Virus record (IMG/VR): IMGVR_UViG_2806310790_000002
Source of the DNA: an uncultured virus (IMG/VR IMGVR_UViG_2806310790_000002)
Taxonomy: Duplodnaviria; Heunggongvirae; Uroviricota; Caudoviricetes
Length of the DNA stretch: 64,000 nucleotides
Direction: 5' to 3' (one strand)
In this document: one piece after another, positions 37,255 through 46,790 of the stretch
Layout: every line of letters starts with the position of its first letter
Numbering within the stretch: position 1 is the stretch's first letter
Made by a program: the position numbers and the translations under genes
Notes under the pieces: model-generated
What the model was told of the DNA's origin: nothing
Database searches by the model: none
What the model saw: the letters and a program-made list of their open reading frames with translations, nothing else

Positions 37255-38871
37255 TTATTGGAAATGACTATAATATTCGATTGATTTTTCAGCTATTTTT
37301 TGCGCCTTTTTATCAGCCTTGTCTAATACTCGCCATTCTTCATAATATTTATGTCCTAGTCCCCCTTTCATACCTGTTTGCTTTTGTATTTCTTTCCAAC
37401 GTTTTTCTCCAAGAATTCGTTTTGCGTCTTCCGGCTTTTCTTTGGCATAAATCATACGATCTGTATTGACTTGAATCTCGGCAATTAATCCGTTAGACGC
37501 TTGGATATTAACTATATTCCCACTATATCCCATAAACGATTCCGGTTTTTGTCTTTTCAGTCGAACAAATGAATCGCTTTCAGACAGTTCGTTCAAGACT
37601 TGATCTATTTGTGATTTAGGAACTATAATTGTCGTCCTAACAGCGTCTTTTATATCATATGGAGTTATACTCTCCGTTGTCACCTTTCTTGTTATTGATG
37701 AAATACTTTTGTAATTGATTGGAGTTACAAATCCTTTGTGCTTTTTAGCTATGGATTCCGCTAAACTTTGTACCTCATTACCAACTAAAGAAGCACGATT
37801 AACAAGCTCCTTAGCTGAATTATCGGTATTTATATTCTGAATAATTGATTTGTTATCTCTCAAAAAATAAGGTAAGGTGTTTCTTTTCCGGGCTTTTTCT
37901 ATCTTTTGTTGGTTTTCGAGTACCCATTTTTTGAATTCGTCAGGAACATCCTTTACTTCATTTATACTTTCTGTAGAAACATCGATCCGCCCATCCCATT
38001 CCCAGAATTCTTCTTCTGTTTTGAGGATAGGAACTTTATAACATAAATCATTCGGATGCCATCCTGTCCATGTGAAGTCTTTAGGATATTTACCGGCAAG
38101 TGTATCACAAATGTCTCCATGTGGCATACGGCTATGATGAGAAGAACTTAGTTTTATTTCATATCCGACTACGAAATCCATTTGTTTCCATCTTTCGTTT
38201 TCAGCTGTTCTATAAGCCATATTTATTTCTGAACGGGCTAGACGTATGGAACGATATTCACAATCTTGTATATGTTCAGCACTGCCATATCTGTCTTTGT
38301 AATCTTTTTGCAGTAATGGGAAATCAAGAAGATACTTACTTATTTGCTTACTCAACGTAACAGCACTGGTTCCTTTTTGAATAGCGCATGAGATCGCGGC
38401 CTCCAGTTCTTCTTTGTAGATCATAGATTGTTGCCAAAGTTTTGCAGATATATTTAATCCTTTATCTTTTCGGTTCTGGAATGCTTTCAAAGCATCTGAA
38501 TTTGTTTGATACAAAACTTTATATTTCTCTTTGTCAACTTGGGCGTTATAAGCTCTTAATACTTTGTTGGCTATTAAATCCTGTGCTTCATTACTGTTCT
38601 TCCATTCTTCAGATGTGCCACGATAGATAGCGGCATGAATGTCATCAACAAATTGAGCCTGTATGTCATCTATCTGTTTCTTCGTTTGAGGATAGTCAGA
38701 CCATTTAAACGGCTTATCGCTATCAGGGGAATATTTAGTACGTGAAACAGATTTGGCAGCTTCCAAATTCAGGGTATCGTATATTTGCTCAACGAGGGAT
38801 ACATATCCGTTTAATCTCCCGTTGAGTTCTTGGTACTTTTTTTTCTGATTTGGAATCTTGGGTTTTGCCAT
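37255..38871 (-). CDS. MuF-family minor head protein with C-terminal RelA/SpoT-like alarmone synthetase toxin (Apk2-like); likely start MAKPKIP
   Basis: MuF motifs RLARSEINMAY, DICDTLAG, GWHPNDLC; synthetase motifs KSISSITRK, IKDAVR, GYSG, AEIQVNT, GHKYYE. Confidence 0.85.
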   Translation of the reverse strand: MAKPKIPNQKKKYQELNGRLNGYVSLVEQIYDTLNLEAAKSVSRTKYSPDSDKPFKWSDYPQTKKQIDDIQAQFVDDIHAAIYRGTSEEWKNSNEAQDLIANKVLRAYNAQVDKEKYKVLYQTNSDALKAFQNRKDKGLNISAKLWQQSMIYKEELEAAISCAIQKGTSAVTLSKQISKYLLDFPLLQKDYKDRYGSAEHIQDCEYRSIRLARSEINMAYRTAENERWKQMDFVVGYEIKLSSSHHSRMPHGDICDTLAGKYPKDFTWTGWHPNDLCYKVPILKTEEEFWEWDGRIDVSTESINEVKDVPDEFKKWVLENQQKIEKARKRNTLPYFLRDNKSIIQNINTDNSAKELVNRASLVGNEVQSLAESIAKKHKGFVTPINYKSISSITRKVTTESITPYDIKDAVRTTIIVPKSQIDQVLNELSESDSFVRLKRQKPESFMGYSGNIVNIQASNGLIAEIQVNTDRMIYAKEKPEDAKRILGEKRWKEIQKQTGMKGGLGHKYYEEWRVLDKADKKAQKIAEKSIEYYSHFQ

Positions 38872-38887
38872 TAGTTCATTTGCTTTT

Positions 38888-39250
38888 TTATTCCTCCGAA
38901 ATTCTATCAGGTGCTGGCATCTCCAATAATCGGATAGCTTTAATTGTCTCCTTGCCCTCCAATATCGCTTTACATAAACGATGGTAGCCATCGGCAATTT
39001 GACCTACTTCGTCAAGGATAATAGGATATTCAAGAGAGCATTGATTCACCCGTTTGCATTGAAAAATGAAACTGTGAAGCTGATTACATTCAAATGGTTC
39101 AGCTGTAAGGTCTATATTCCATAATGGCATATCAAGCACTGGATATTCTTTTGCCTTAGCAAAATCGTAGAGTGTTTGAGCTTTCCATATCTTGTCTCCA
39201 CGATGATATTCACTTTCGCTAAAAGTTATGTTATCTATAGGAACCTGCAT
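38888..39250 (-). CDS. ParB/Srx-like N-terminal domain protein
   Basis: YPIILDEVGQIADGYHRLCKA motif. Confidence 0.75.
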   Translation of the reverse strand: MQVPIDNITFSESEYHRGDKIWKAQTLYDFAKAKEYPVLDMPLWNIDLTAEPFECNQLHSFIFQCKRVNQCSLEYPIILDEVGQIADGYHRLCKAILEGKETIKAIRLLEMPAPDRISEE

Positions 39251-39251
39251 A

Positions 39252-39599
39252 TTATTCTTTTTTTATATATACTTTAATTTCACCAGTAACATAGAGTTCA
39301 TCACCAACTTTTTCAACGGAGTATTCTATTAGTCCCCTTTGGTTGATCGAACTGATAATTGATTGGCGAACTTCATCCTTAACTTCCTTGAGGAACATTT
39401 CATCTGATTTTCGATTAGACCAACCTTCATCAAGTTTCTTCTTTTTCCGGTAATCCTTGATTTCTTTTTTAGTCCGGACAAGGCAGATACCAAGCTTCTT
39501 CGCTTCGTAGTTATCAACTCGTTCAATACTACTCAATCTTTCTTGTGGATTGATTTTTTCTGCTAATCTAATAAGCCAGTTTGATATTTTTGTCTTCAT
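39252..39599 (-). CDS. Hypothetical protein
   Basis: 115-aa basic ORF. Confidence 0.7.
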   Translation of the reverse strand: MKTKISNWLIRLAEKINPQERLSSIERVDNYEAKKLGICLVRTKKEIKDYRKKKKLDEGWSNRKSDEMFLKEVKDEVRQSIISSINQRGLIEYSVEKVGDELYVTGEIKVYIKKE

Positions 39600-39674
39600 G
39601 ATTTTAAGTTTTAAGTCGGCAGCATAAACATATGTCTACGCTGCCTTTACCTTTTCTACAAGTTGGCAAATAGG

Positions 39675-39965
39675 TTATAAATCTTCATCTTCATAAGCCA
39701 TCTTTGCACTCATAACACCGACTGTGCTTAGGATCTTGATAGAAAGCCCCTTTTGTACGTCAAGCTCAAAAATCACATTATCATTAAATTGAGCAGAAGG
39801 GTATTGATACAACAGTGCATAATCCATACCCTCCAATTTTGCAAATAGGCTAAGTGTCCCATTCATTTCTCTATCTATCTGTATTACACATTTCCCAACA
39901 GAAGTAAATTCACAGGAATAACCTTGTTTTTCTTTACTAAATTCTAATACATCTATTTTTGCCAT
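39675..39965 (-). CDS. Small beta-rich hypothetical protein (paralog of 12903-13202)
   Basis: See 12903-13202. Confidence 0.7.
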   Translation of the reverse strand: MAKIDVLEFSKEKQGYSCEFTSVGKCVIQIDREMNGTLSLFAKLEGMDYALLYQYPSAQFNDNVIFELDVQKGLSIKILSTVGVMSAKMAYEDEDL

Positions 39966-39984
39966 AATGATTATATTTTGATTA

Positions 39985-41385
39985 TTATTCCGATTGTTCG
40001 AAAATATTGCTTATCCTGCTTTTGGAAGCCTCTGCATCTTCTTTTTGAATTTGGGAAAGAGTATCTTGTGGATCAGTAGAGATACCTAAGTTCTTGATGG
40101 CTTCTAATTGGCTGACAACTGCTTTTCCACCACTTGCCGTAACCCACTTTTCTATTTCTGACTTTTCGTCATTTTGAATAAACGGAGTTATGATGTGCTC
40201 AACCTCAACATTATCTACTTCGTCTTTCCAAGAGACATTCATCATTTTTAGGAAAGCTTTGATTACGCTACATTCACGTTCAAATGCTTCTATCCATGCA
40301 CCACTTTCATCTCCAACCTTTAAATGAGCGTCAGTAAGTAAAGTCTGCCTTGCGTCAAATCCGATATTGCCAAGAGACTTCATGTTTTCAAAAGAAATAT
40401 CCGGCATTTGTGATTGTGACCAAAATAACTTAATAAGGGTATCGACATGATATTTTAACGCTTCGATAGATTGTGCCCATGAAACATAGGACACATCCCC
40501 GTTTTGTTCTACGCGATAAACTCTACGGCTTTCTCCTTTATCTTCTCCACCTTTTATGCCGCCAGCTATTTTTAGGATTGGAGCGGAGTTATATGCTATG
40601 ACATCGCTATTGCGTGAAAGGGTGTATTCGATTTCTTTTCTGATATAGGAAAGACCGTGATAAATGGGAACAGGACGATAAACGTATACTCCAGGTATTT
40701 TCAGAATAACGACTGGTTCTGATTTAACTAATTCCCAGCCGTTTCCTTGTTGTTCCCATTTATAATGAATATTTGCCGTGTATGTCTCAAAATACGTAAC
40801 TTCTACATTTTTGACCTTTTTTGTGTATTCAAAAGACATTGCAATCATATCGCCAAGCTCATCAAGTAAAGGATATAACCTAACACCGTCCATTGGTGAG
40901 TAGGTCTTACATTTTAGCTTATACTTACTTTTAAAGCCGTATAGAGTGTTGAAACTCTCAACTGTGTACCAAATGGTAAACACTTCGCATGAAGCAAAGT
41001 AAGCATTTCCTCGCTTAATATTTTCACTGTCAATACGGGAATACTTATATATCGCTTCAATCGCTTTCGCAATACTTTGGCGGGTTTCATTGTCTTCTAT
41101 ATTGTGATATACACGTTTAACAGGGATAGCAAACATGAATTCAGTCATTCGTTTGGTGAGAAGTTTTTCAAGCCCAATGTAGATACGGGAAGCTTTTTCT
41201 ATATCTCCATTAGATCGAATCTTGTCTTTACGAGTAACTGTGTCAGATACTATCTCATGTTCTGTTGGTTCGTAGTCTTTGAGAAGTTTATCCCATGAGG
41301 GGACTGTTACAGACTTTTCTTTCAAATCGTTGATTATGTTATCAACGGGCCGTGTACTGTCTAAGATAGAGGTGATTTCGTCCAT
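39985..41385 (-). CDS. Portal protein (SPP1 gp6-like)
   Basis: 466 aa; downstream of terminase; FMFAIPV, SQMPDISF and SLGNIG patterns. Confidence 0.88.
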   Translation of the reverse strand: MDEITSILDSTRPVDNIINDLKEKSVTVPSWDKLLKDYEPTEHEIVSDTVTRKDKIRSNGDIEKASRIYIGLEKLLTKRMTEFMFAIPVKRVYHNIEDNETRQSIAKAIEAIYKYSRIDSENIKRGNAYFASCEVFTIWYTVESFNTLYGFKSKYKLKCKTYSPMDGVRLYPLLDELGDMIAMSFEYTKKVKNVEVTYFETYTANIHYKWEQQGNGWELVKSEPVVILKIPGVYVYRPVPIYHGLSYIRKEIEYTLSRNSDVIAYNSAPILKIAGGIKGGEDKGESRRVYRVEQNGDVSYVSWAQSIEALKYHVDTLIKLFWSQSQMPDISFENMKSLGNIGFDARQTLLTDAHLKVGDESGAWIEAFERECSVIKAFLKMMNVSWKDEVDNVEVEHIITPFIQNDEKSEIEKWVTASGGKAVVSQLEAIKNLGISTDPQDTLSQIQKEDAEASKSRISNIFEQSE

Positions 41386-41424
41386 TTGAGTAGAATATTA
41401 CTTAATATTCGTTTTTACTTGGTG

Positions 41425-41461
41425 CAAATATAATAAAAGTCGCGTAATTTATATCACTTTT
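41425..41461 (-). promoter_or_regulatory. Promoter -7 box TATATTTG plus palindromic operator (copy 4, degenerate)
   Basis: aaaagtcgc-N9-atcactttt upstream of the portal gene. Confidence 0.65.
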
Positions 41462-41463
41462 AT

Positions 41464-41736
41464 TTATAAATATCCAACTAATTTGATAGCTTTATGCATA
41501 TAATAAGGGAAATTTATGACAGCAATCTTACCAGAATATCCACAACGCCATAATTCAGCCTGCCAATCTTGTATATCATCACGTTCATCAATATTGTACT
41601 TCTTCATTAAATCTCTCATGATAGCGCAATCTTCATATCTTTCCGTAACTTTAGCAAAAGAATAAAGATCGAGTAAGACGTATTCTCCATAGAGGAAGAG
41701 TACTTTTTCAAATATATCAAGTCGTTCTTGTGTCAT
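41464..41736 (-). CDS. Hypothetical protein
   Basis: 90-aa ORF in the cassette between terL and portal. Confidence 0.65.
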   Translation of the reverse strand: MTQERLDIFEKVLFLYGEYVLLDLYSFAKVTERYEDCAIMRDLMKKYNIDERDDIQDWQAELWRCGYSGKIAVINFPYYMHKAIKLVGYL

Positions 41737-41744
41737 ATCTATTT

Positions 41745-42062
41745 TTAAAAGTCACACATTATAGTATATTTAGTTTGCAAAATCTTTAGAACCTTCTCTG
41801 TTACATGAATTATATTTTCATTATACCTTCTTACGTTTCTACCATATCCCTGTATGTCTTTGTTTATCTTCTGGCGAAGTGTAGCACTTTTAGGCAAACT
41901 GATTTCATAGAAATTGCCATCAATAGAAGTTATTAACATATCAGCTTGCTTCTTTTGATAATCCAGTTCTGTTTCTTTGTATTCACCTTTGGGAATGAAA
42001 TTAGGATTGGGTACCAAGTATCCTTCTGCTACTACGTTCCCATTTATATCATACACTTTCAT
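41745..42062 (-). CDS. Hypothetical protein
   Basis: 105-aa ORF. Confidence 0.65.
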   Translation of the reverse strand: MKVYDINGNVVAEGYLVPNPNFIPKGEYKETELDYQKKQADMLITSIDGNFYEISLPKSATLRQKINKDIQGYGRNVRRYNENIIHVTEKVLKILQTKYTIMCDF

Positions 42063-42073
42063 AATCGTATGTA

Positions 42074-42256
42074 TTAAGCGTTAATACCAATTGCGTTTCT
42101 CATAAAATCACTTGCTTGTTCTACTGACATATCTAGTTTCTTTTGAATCAGTAGAAGCATACAGCTAACTTGTTCTTTGGTATCTAAGTTACCTTGTGCA
42201 AACTCTGACATGATGAATTTTTCTATTATTCTCTGTTGGATTGCTGTTGCTTTCAT
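42074..42256 (-). CDS. Hypothetical protein (start lies inside repeat copy A)
   Basis: 60-aa ORF with AGAGCAATG start. Confidence 0.65.
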   Translation of the reverse strand: MKATAIQQRIIEKFIMSEFAQGNLDTKEQVSCMLLLIQKKLDMSVEQASDFMRNAIGINA

Positions 42257-42390
42257 TGCTCTTGTCTTTTAATTGTTAGTAATATTGGTTTCTTTTAGTA
42301 TTGTAAAGATACTCATTATCAGTGATTTAGCCAAATATCTACACAATTATTTTAAGTATAAAACACTCATAATCAAAGATTTAACTTTTG
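42245..42390. repeat. 146-bp direct repeat, copy A (promoter + leader + first codons)
   Basis: Identical to 50238-50383 except one base; contains TTTG-N20-TATCTTTA on the - strand. Confidence 0.95.
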
Positions 42391-42496
42391 ACATAGAACA
42401 AAAATGGCACCGACTTTCACAAGCCAGTGCACATAAGAGCAATGAAAACACAAATTAGAAGTGTTTTCAAAGGCAAAGGTACTAAAAGAAACACAA

Positions 42497-44038
42497 CTAC
42501 AAAAAATCTTTGAGCAACTCTTCATCACTAATAAAACTATAATTTCTAGGATAAAACGTATTCGCTAATGCGTCCATATAGTCAGGAGAACGCTTAATAC
42601 GTTTTTTGACATCTTCCTTAGGTTCAATAATAACCTTTCCATTACTAAGGAATTTCCACTTGGTTTCAGTCGCTTCTTCCATCAACTGGTCGCACGGTGG
42701 CAAAGCTGCACCAAAACCATTTTTAGGATTGAGCCAATCACGTAAAGCCCAATACAGATATGCACGCATGTTGGCAAATTCGTACTCTCCGGTAATATCA
42801 TGCAATCCATCTGTCCCTTCCGAATATTTGCATGAAAAAGCATTCGTAAATTCTTCCTCCAACAAACGAGAATAGACACCTGCCCCCTCTCCTATCGTAT
42901 CAATAAATGCTTTTGCTCCCTTCTTCTTTAAATATGGTATTGTCATACCTACTACATGCATGTGATCCGCACGTCCAGCAGATTGATGAACATCAAATTG
43001 TGGAACATAATTCCCGTATCTCGGACAAAGGACACTATTGTCGCGTCCCATACCGGCAACATCAACACCTAGCTTACAAGATTTGGCTGGAATGAAACCA
43101 CTTGCCTGTAATTCCTGCCAATTCCTATTTGCTATCTCTATCCATTCATAAGGAATAAGAACATCTTCAGATACTTTCGGGAACATACCAAGTACCTTGA
43201 CGCGAAACAAATCGTTAGGTCGGTATAGCTTACCTTCCCAATTAAAATCTCCTTCTCCCTCATTGAAGTCCGTTTGTTGAATGGGGGAGCACCAATTTAT
43301 AACCTTGTCCTTAACCCATTCATAATCCACTTGACCGGGTATTACTATTTGCTTCTTTACTACATTTTCTGCATTTAGAGAGCTAAGCCTGAATTTCGCA
43401 AAACGGTCAGACTTCATGGCACGAGCTGCGTAACCAGTAGTAATATTCGGGTTAAATACTATGAGCATCCGAGAATTGCCCTGCAAGTTACCTTCTATTG
43501 CATTATAAACAATTTCGGATATACCTGATGCCTCCGTGATAACAAACATGGTATTCGCTGCATGAAATCCAGACCATGATTCGGTTGCATTATCATCCGC
43601 TTTAAATCCTGTCAGAAACCATTCTTCATAATCCGTTCTTATATCATCAGCAACCAATCTGCCAGGACAACAAAAAGGGAACTTTGTCCTTGCAGCACGA
43701 ATCAGCCTTCTTATTTCAGGAGTCATAATATTTTTCACTTGCCGCCCTGTTGGTGCTGTCATAGCCACCTTAGTATTCCCAACAAGCACACCTTTTTCAT
43801 TAAATCTAGGAGTTAGATACATAAAACATAGCGAAGCACAGGCAGCAACAAAATCTTTTCCACGAGCAGTTCCACTTGCAACAGCAGTCATTGGATTATG
43901 CTGAACAGACTCAATAATAGCTTGCTGCTCACGATCTAATCTTGCACATAATGCGTCACGAACGAACTTATTCCAGTCATTAGACCAGTATGCTATAATT
44001 TCACTGATTAGTTCCTTCTTTTCATCCTTTGTCACCAT
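42497..44038 (-). CDS. terL: Terminase large subunit
   Basis: Walker A VASGTARGKD, Walker B-like FVITEASG, LIVFNP coupling motif, nuclease LGVDVAGMGRD and RSPDYMDAL. Confidence 0.92.
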   Translation of the reverse strand: MVTKDEKKELISEIIAYWSNDWNKFVRDALCARLDREQQAIIESVQHNPMTAVASGTARGKDFVAACASLCFMYLTPRFNEKGVLVGNTKVAMTAPTGRQVKNIMTPEIRRLIRAARTKFPFCCPGRLVADDIRTDYEEWFLTGFKADDNATESWSGFHAANTMFVITEASGISEIVYNAIEGNLQGNSRMLIVFNPNITTGYAARAMKSDRFAKFRLSSLNAENVVKKQIVIPGQVDYEWVKDKVINWCSPIQQTDFNEGEGDFNWEGKLYRPNDLFRVKVLGMFPKVSEDVLIPYEWIEIANRNWQELQASGFIPAKSCKLGVDVAGMGRDNSVLCPRYGNYVPQFDVHQSAGRADHMHVVGMTIPYLKKKGAKAFIDTIGEGAGVYSRLLEEEFTNAFSCKYSEGTDGLHDITGEYEFANMRAYLYWALRDWLNPKNGFGAALPPCDQLMEEATETKWKFLSNGKVIIEPKEDVKKRIKRSPDYMDALANTFYPRNYSFISDEELLKDFL

Positions 44039-44513
44039 TCTTATATGAAGTGGTTAATGATTTTAAAGCATCTACCCAATCATTGTTAGTTACGTTTACA
44101 TCCTGTTTATCTTTCCATTCATTTGGCCTACGATTTTTCAACCAGAATATTTGTGCCGTTGTATCTCCTGCGACATGCTTTTTCGTCTTCTTAACAACGG
44201 TAGTTTGACCTGATCCGTCCTCTCCTATTCTCACTTCAGTTGTAGTTTCCTCGATATCATAGCCAATAGCTCTTTTATATAAAGCACTCTCTACTTTCAT
44301 GTCAGCTTCTTCCTTACCTTCTCTCAATAAATCTACAACTTCAGGATGCTTTTTTAATATACTTTTAAATGTAGTAAGTCCTATTCCAAGACGTACACAT
44401 AAACCTTTGTTATCAGCTCCATTCCTACAGTCTGCTATAATAATATCCTCTTTACCTTTTATATATTTATCATAAAGAGACATCTCTAATTTGGGCCTAC
44501 CTCTACCTGCCAT
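44022..44513 (-). CDS. terS: Terminase small subunit
   Basis: GRPK start, HTH, VESALYKRAIG, DTTAQIFWLKNRRPNEW. Confidence 0.85.
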   Translation of the reverse strand: MAGRGRPKLEMSLYDKYIKGKEDIIIADCRNGADNKGLCVRLGIGLTTFKSILKKHPEVVDLLREGKEEADMKVESALYKRAIGYDIEETTTEVRIGEDGSGQTTVVKKTKKHVAGDTTAQIFWLKNRRPNEWKDKQDVNVTNNDWVDALKSLTTSYKNGDKG

Positions 44514-44514
44514 A

Positions 44515-45279
44515 TTACACCTCCTTGTCTTTCATTTCTTGCAAATAAGCTTTGCATATATCAACCATACGAGCAAAAGCAACAGTATTACTCTTTATAT
44601 TAAATTTCTTCTTTACTTCTGTAGCTACCTTTATAAATTCTTCATAAGAACCTACAACTATCGAACTATTTGCAGATATTTTCTGTTTTTCAAGTTCAGC
44701 TAGAACAGCTTTGACATCATTACTCCTGCTTTCAGTAAACAAGAACTTCATTTCCGTAAGCTCTATATCCCCATCATTAATAGAAACGGTAGGAATCTTA
44801 TCTGTATCAATAAATTGAATACCGTTAAGGCCAGAAAACTCTCTTGCTTCAATAGTGCGCATCTCGCTATAAATTTCCTTAAGCATTTGAGCATCATCTT
44901 TGCCTACTAAAGCATTATGACTAAGCACATAGGCAATCTGTTTGTCTTTATCAACCTCTTCAATATACAAGATTAGAATATATTCCAGCTTAGCTTTAAT
45001 AGCAGCTTTTAAACGATGATTTCCCGACAAAATAAGATATTTCCCATCATCTCGTTTCATTGCGAACGGAAGCTGAGATAAAAAACCGTCTTCAGCCACA
45101 TTTGCTGTTAGTCTATCCAGTGTGGATTTTTCCATATAGTGAGCATTCTTCTCCAACGGAATGCAATCATCTATAGGGCTTACATATGCTAACTTATACG
45201 GAGCAATCAATTTGTTTACATCATCCAGTTTCCCCTGAATAAGATGAACATCTTTCACTTCTTGTATTTTTTCAACCAT
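44515..45279 (-). CDS. ParB-like N-terminal domain protein
   Basis: KNAHYM..LTANVAEDG..YLILSGNHRLKAA..LSHNALVGKDD. Confidence 0.85.
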   Translation of the reverse strand: MVEKIQEVKDVHLIQGKLDDVNKLIAPYKLAYVSPIDDCIPLEKNAHYMEKSTLDRLTANVAEDGFLSQLPFAMKRDDGKYLILSGNHRLKAAIKAKLEYILILYIEEVDKDKQIAYVLSHNALVGKDDAQMLKEIYSEMRTIEAREFSGLNGIQFIDTDKIPTVSINDGDIELTEMKFLFTESRSNDVKAVLAELEKQKISANSSIVVGSYEEFIKVATEVKKKFNIKSNTVAFARMVDICKAYLQEMKDKEV

Positions 45280-46556
45280 AATCTATATAAATCCTTTAAT
45301 GAATCATCTAAAAAACTAGCAGAATACATTAGTTTGCCTTCATCTCTCCTGTCAAGATTGAATACACTGCGGTATTTCATACTTACTGGTGAAGATGTAT
45401 ACACAGTTGTCTTAATCCCTTCATAATAGTGACCCATTTTTCTTGCAATGAGCATCCTCACATCGTGGGACTTAGTAAGCATAATCAGCAATTTACTAAG
45501 CCTCTGTGTATTTGAGTTTACAACAAAATCACTCTGCATAAATATCTTCTCAAGTGTAGATAACTGTTTGATGAAAGAAGTAAATCCAAACGCTTTACCG
45601 TCAGCCATAAATACCATACCTAAATCTCCACCAGTTGTATAATTAACCTTGTTTGCCATGTAAAACGCTTTATAATAATTCACATCACTAACCGGACATA
45701 ATTTTGCAGATATTACCGTATTATCTGTAAATTCATAATCTATTGGTAAAATATGAGTATATGATGACTTTACATTTTTATCACGTTCAATGTAATAATG
45801 CTTATTTTGATTTACGCTAGAGTAAGTGTATATAGGATTCTTGCCTGGCCCCAAGTTTATTTTGCCAACAAGGAAGTTGTCTATCTCCTTGAAATATCTA
45901 TCAGAATAGATGATGTTTTCATCATTCTCAAGGAGGTTCTTGAATATATTTCCACCCTCTTTGGGATCAAAGACATTATAAGTAGCACGCATATAATTAA
46001 AGCTTTCTTCGACATAGCTAAACATCTTCTCATACCCTCCTTTATACGTAGGAGGAAAGCTTATACCAACACCTTTACCTTTTTTGCTTTTTAGGAAGTC
46101 AAAAAAATCACCATAGAAGAAACTCTTAATATTAAAATTAAGTGCGCCTTTTTCAATCTTAGATATAGTATTATGATAATAAACTTTTGATTGCTCAATA
46201 AAAGCGTTAAACATTTCTTCTTGGTAATCGTTTTTCCTTTGGTGAAAGTTCGACACTCTCATTGCAAACATTACTTGAATAAGCTTTTTGTATTTAGTGT
46301 CATCCCATGTGTCAAAAACCATACGTAATTCAGGATTCACAACTTCAATATCAGTATTTGTATCAAGTAATAGATCAGAAATTAGTTTGGAATATAGACT
46401 TACATCATTAGAATGTACTGTGTATCCCATACTACTCATAATTTTATCTGTTGTAAAATTACCAGAGCACCCGATGAAAACATCTTTATTTTCAACTCCT
46501 TTCATTAAGTCTTGGAGGAGAATCTTTACTTCTGGAGGTGTTGTTCCCTGAAACAT
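45255..46556 (-). CDS. Dam-like adenine methyltransferase domain fused to a Mom-like GNAT domain
   Basis: N-half VFIGCSGNFT (motif I), VHSNDVS, YGDFFDFL, FPPTY (divergent motif IV); C-half MVFMADGKAFGF..SDFVV..RLSKLL..IKTTVY..SMKYR follows the GNAT/Mom strand-helix order. Confidence 0.65.
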   Translation of the reverse strand: MFQGTTPPEVKILLQDLMKGVENKDVFIGCSGNFTTDKIMSSMGYTVHSNDVSLYSKLISDLLLDTNTDIEVVNPELRMVFDTWDDTKYKKLIQVMFAMRVSNFHQRKNDYQEEMFNAFIEQSKVYYHNTISKIEKGALNFNIKSFFYGDFFDFLKSKKGKGVGISFPPTYKGGYEKMFSYVEESFNYMRATYNVFDPKEGGNIFKNLLENDENIIYSDRYFKEIDNFLVGKINLGPGKNPIYTYSSVNQNKHYYIERDKNVKSSYTHILPIDYEFTDNTVISAKLCPVSDVNYYKAFYMANKVNYTTGGDLGMVFMADGKAFGFTSFIKQLSTLEKIFMQSDFVVNSNTQRLSKLLIMLTKSHDVRMLIARKMGHYYEGIKTTVYTSSPVSMKYRSVFNLDRRDEGKLMYSASFLDDSLKDLYRLWLKKYKK

Positions 46557-46595
46557 ATTATTATCTTTATTGGGTTGTATATAACTTCATATACA

Positions 46596-46763
46596 TTTTG
46601 CGTTAAATGCCTGCCGAGCGTATTCCCGACAGGCTTAACACAAAATTCAATCATTCTGCAAGCTACTTGCAAGAACACTTATGCAATCTATTCGGCTTCT
46701 TTCAGTCGTGTCAGATGGCAATTTCCATCACCCCGTAAATTGCATAAGCTTTAATGTTCTTGC
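46596..46763 (-). ncRNA. Two long stem-loops in the leader of the methyltransferase-GNAT gene
   Basis: ttttg-gttaa-gcctg / caggc-ttaac-caaaa (46596-46645); gcaagaaca-cttatgcaat / attgcataag-tgttcttgc (46669-46763). Confidence 0.55.
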
Positions 46764-46790
46764 TTTTGCTTATCTCTACTATAAGGGTTG

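Noticed and set aside
38872..38997. 42-aa N-terminal extension of the MuF toxin
   Set aside because: It overlaps the ParB-like gene; MAKPKIP at 38871 is the more plausible start
43530..43550. terL Walker B variant (ITEASG instead of xDEA) as inactivation
   Set aside because: The catalytic Glu and the other motifs are retained; most likely a family variant, and it cannot be judged without an alignment
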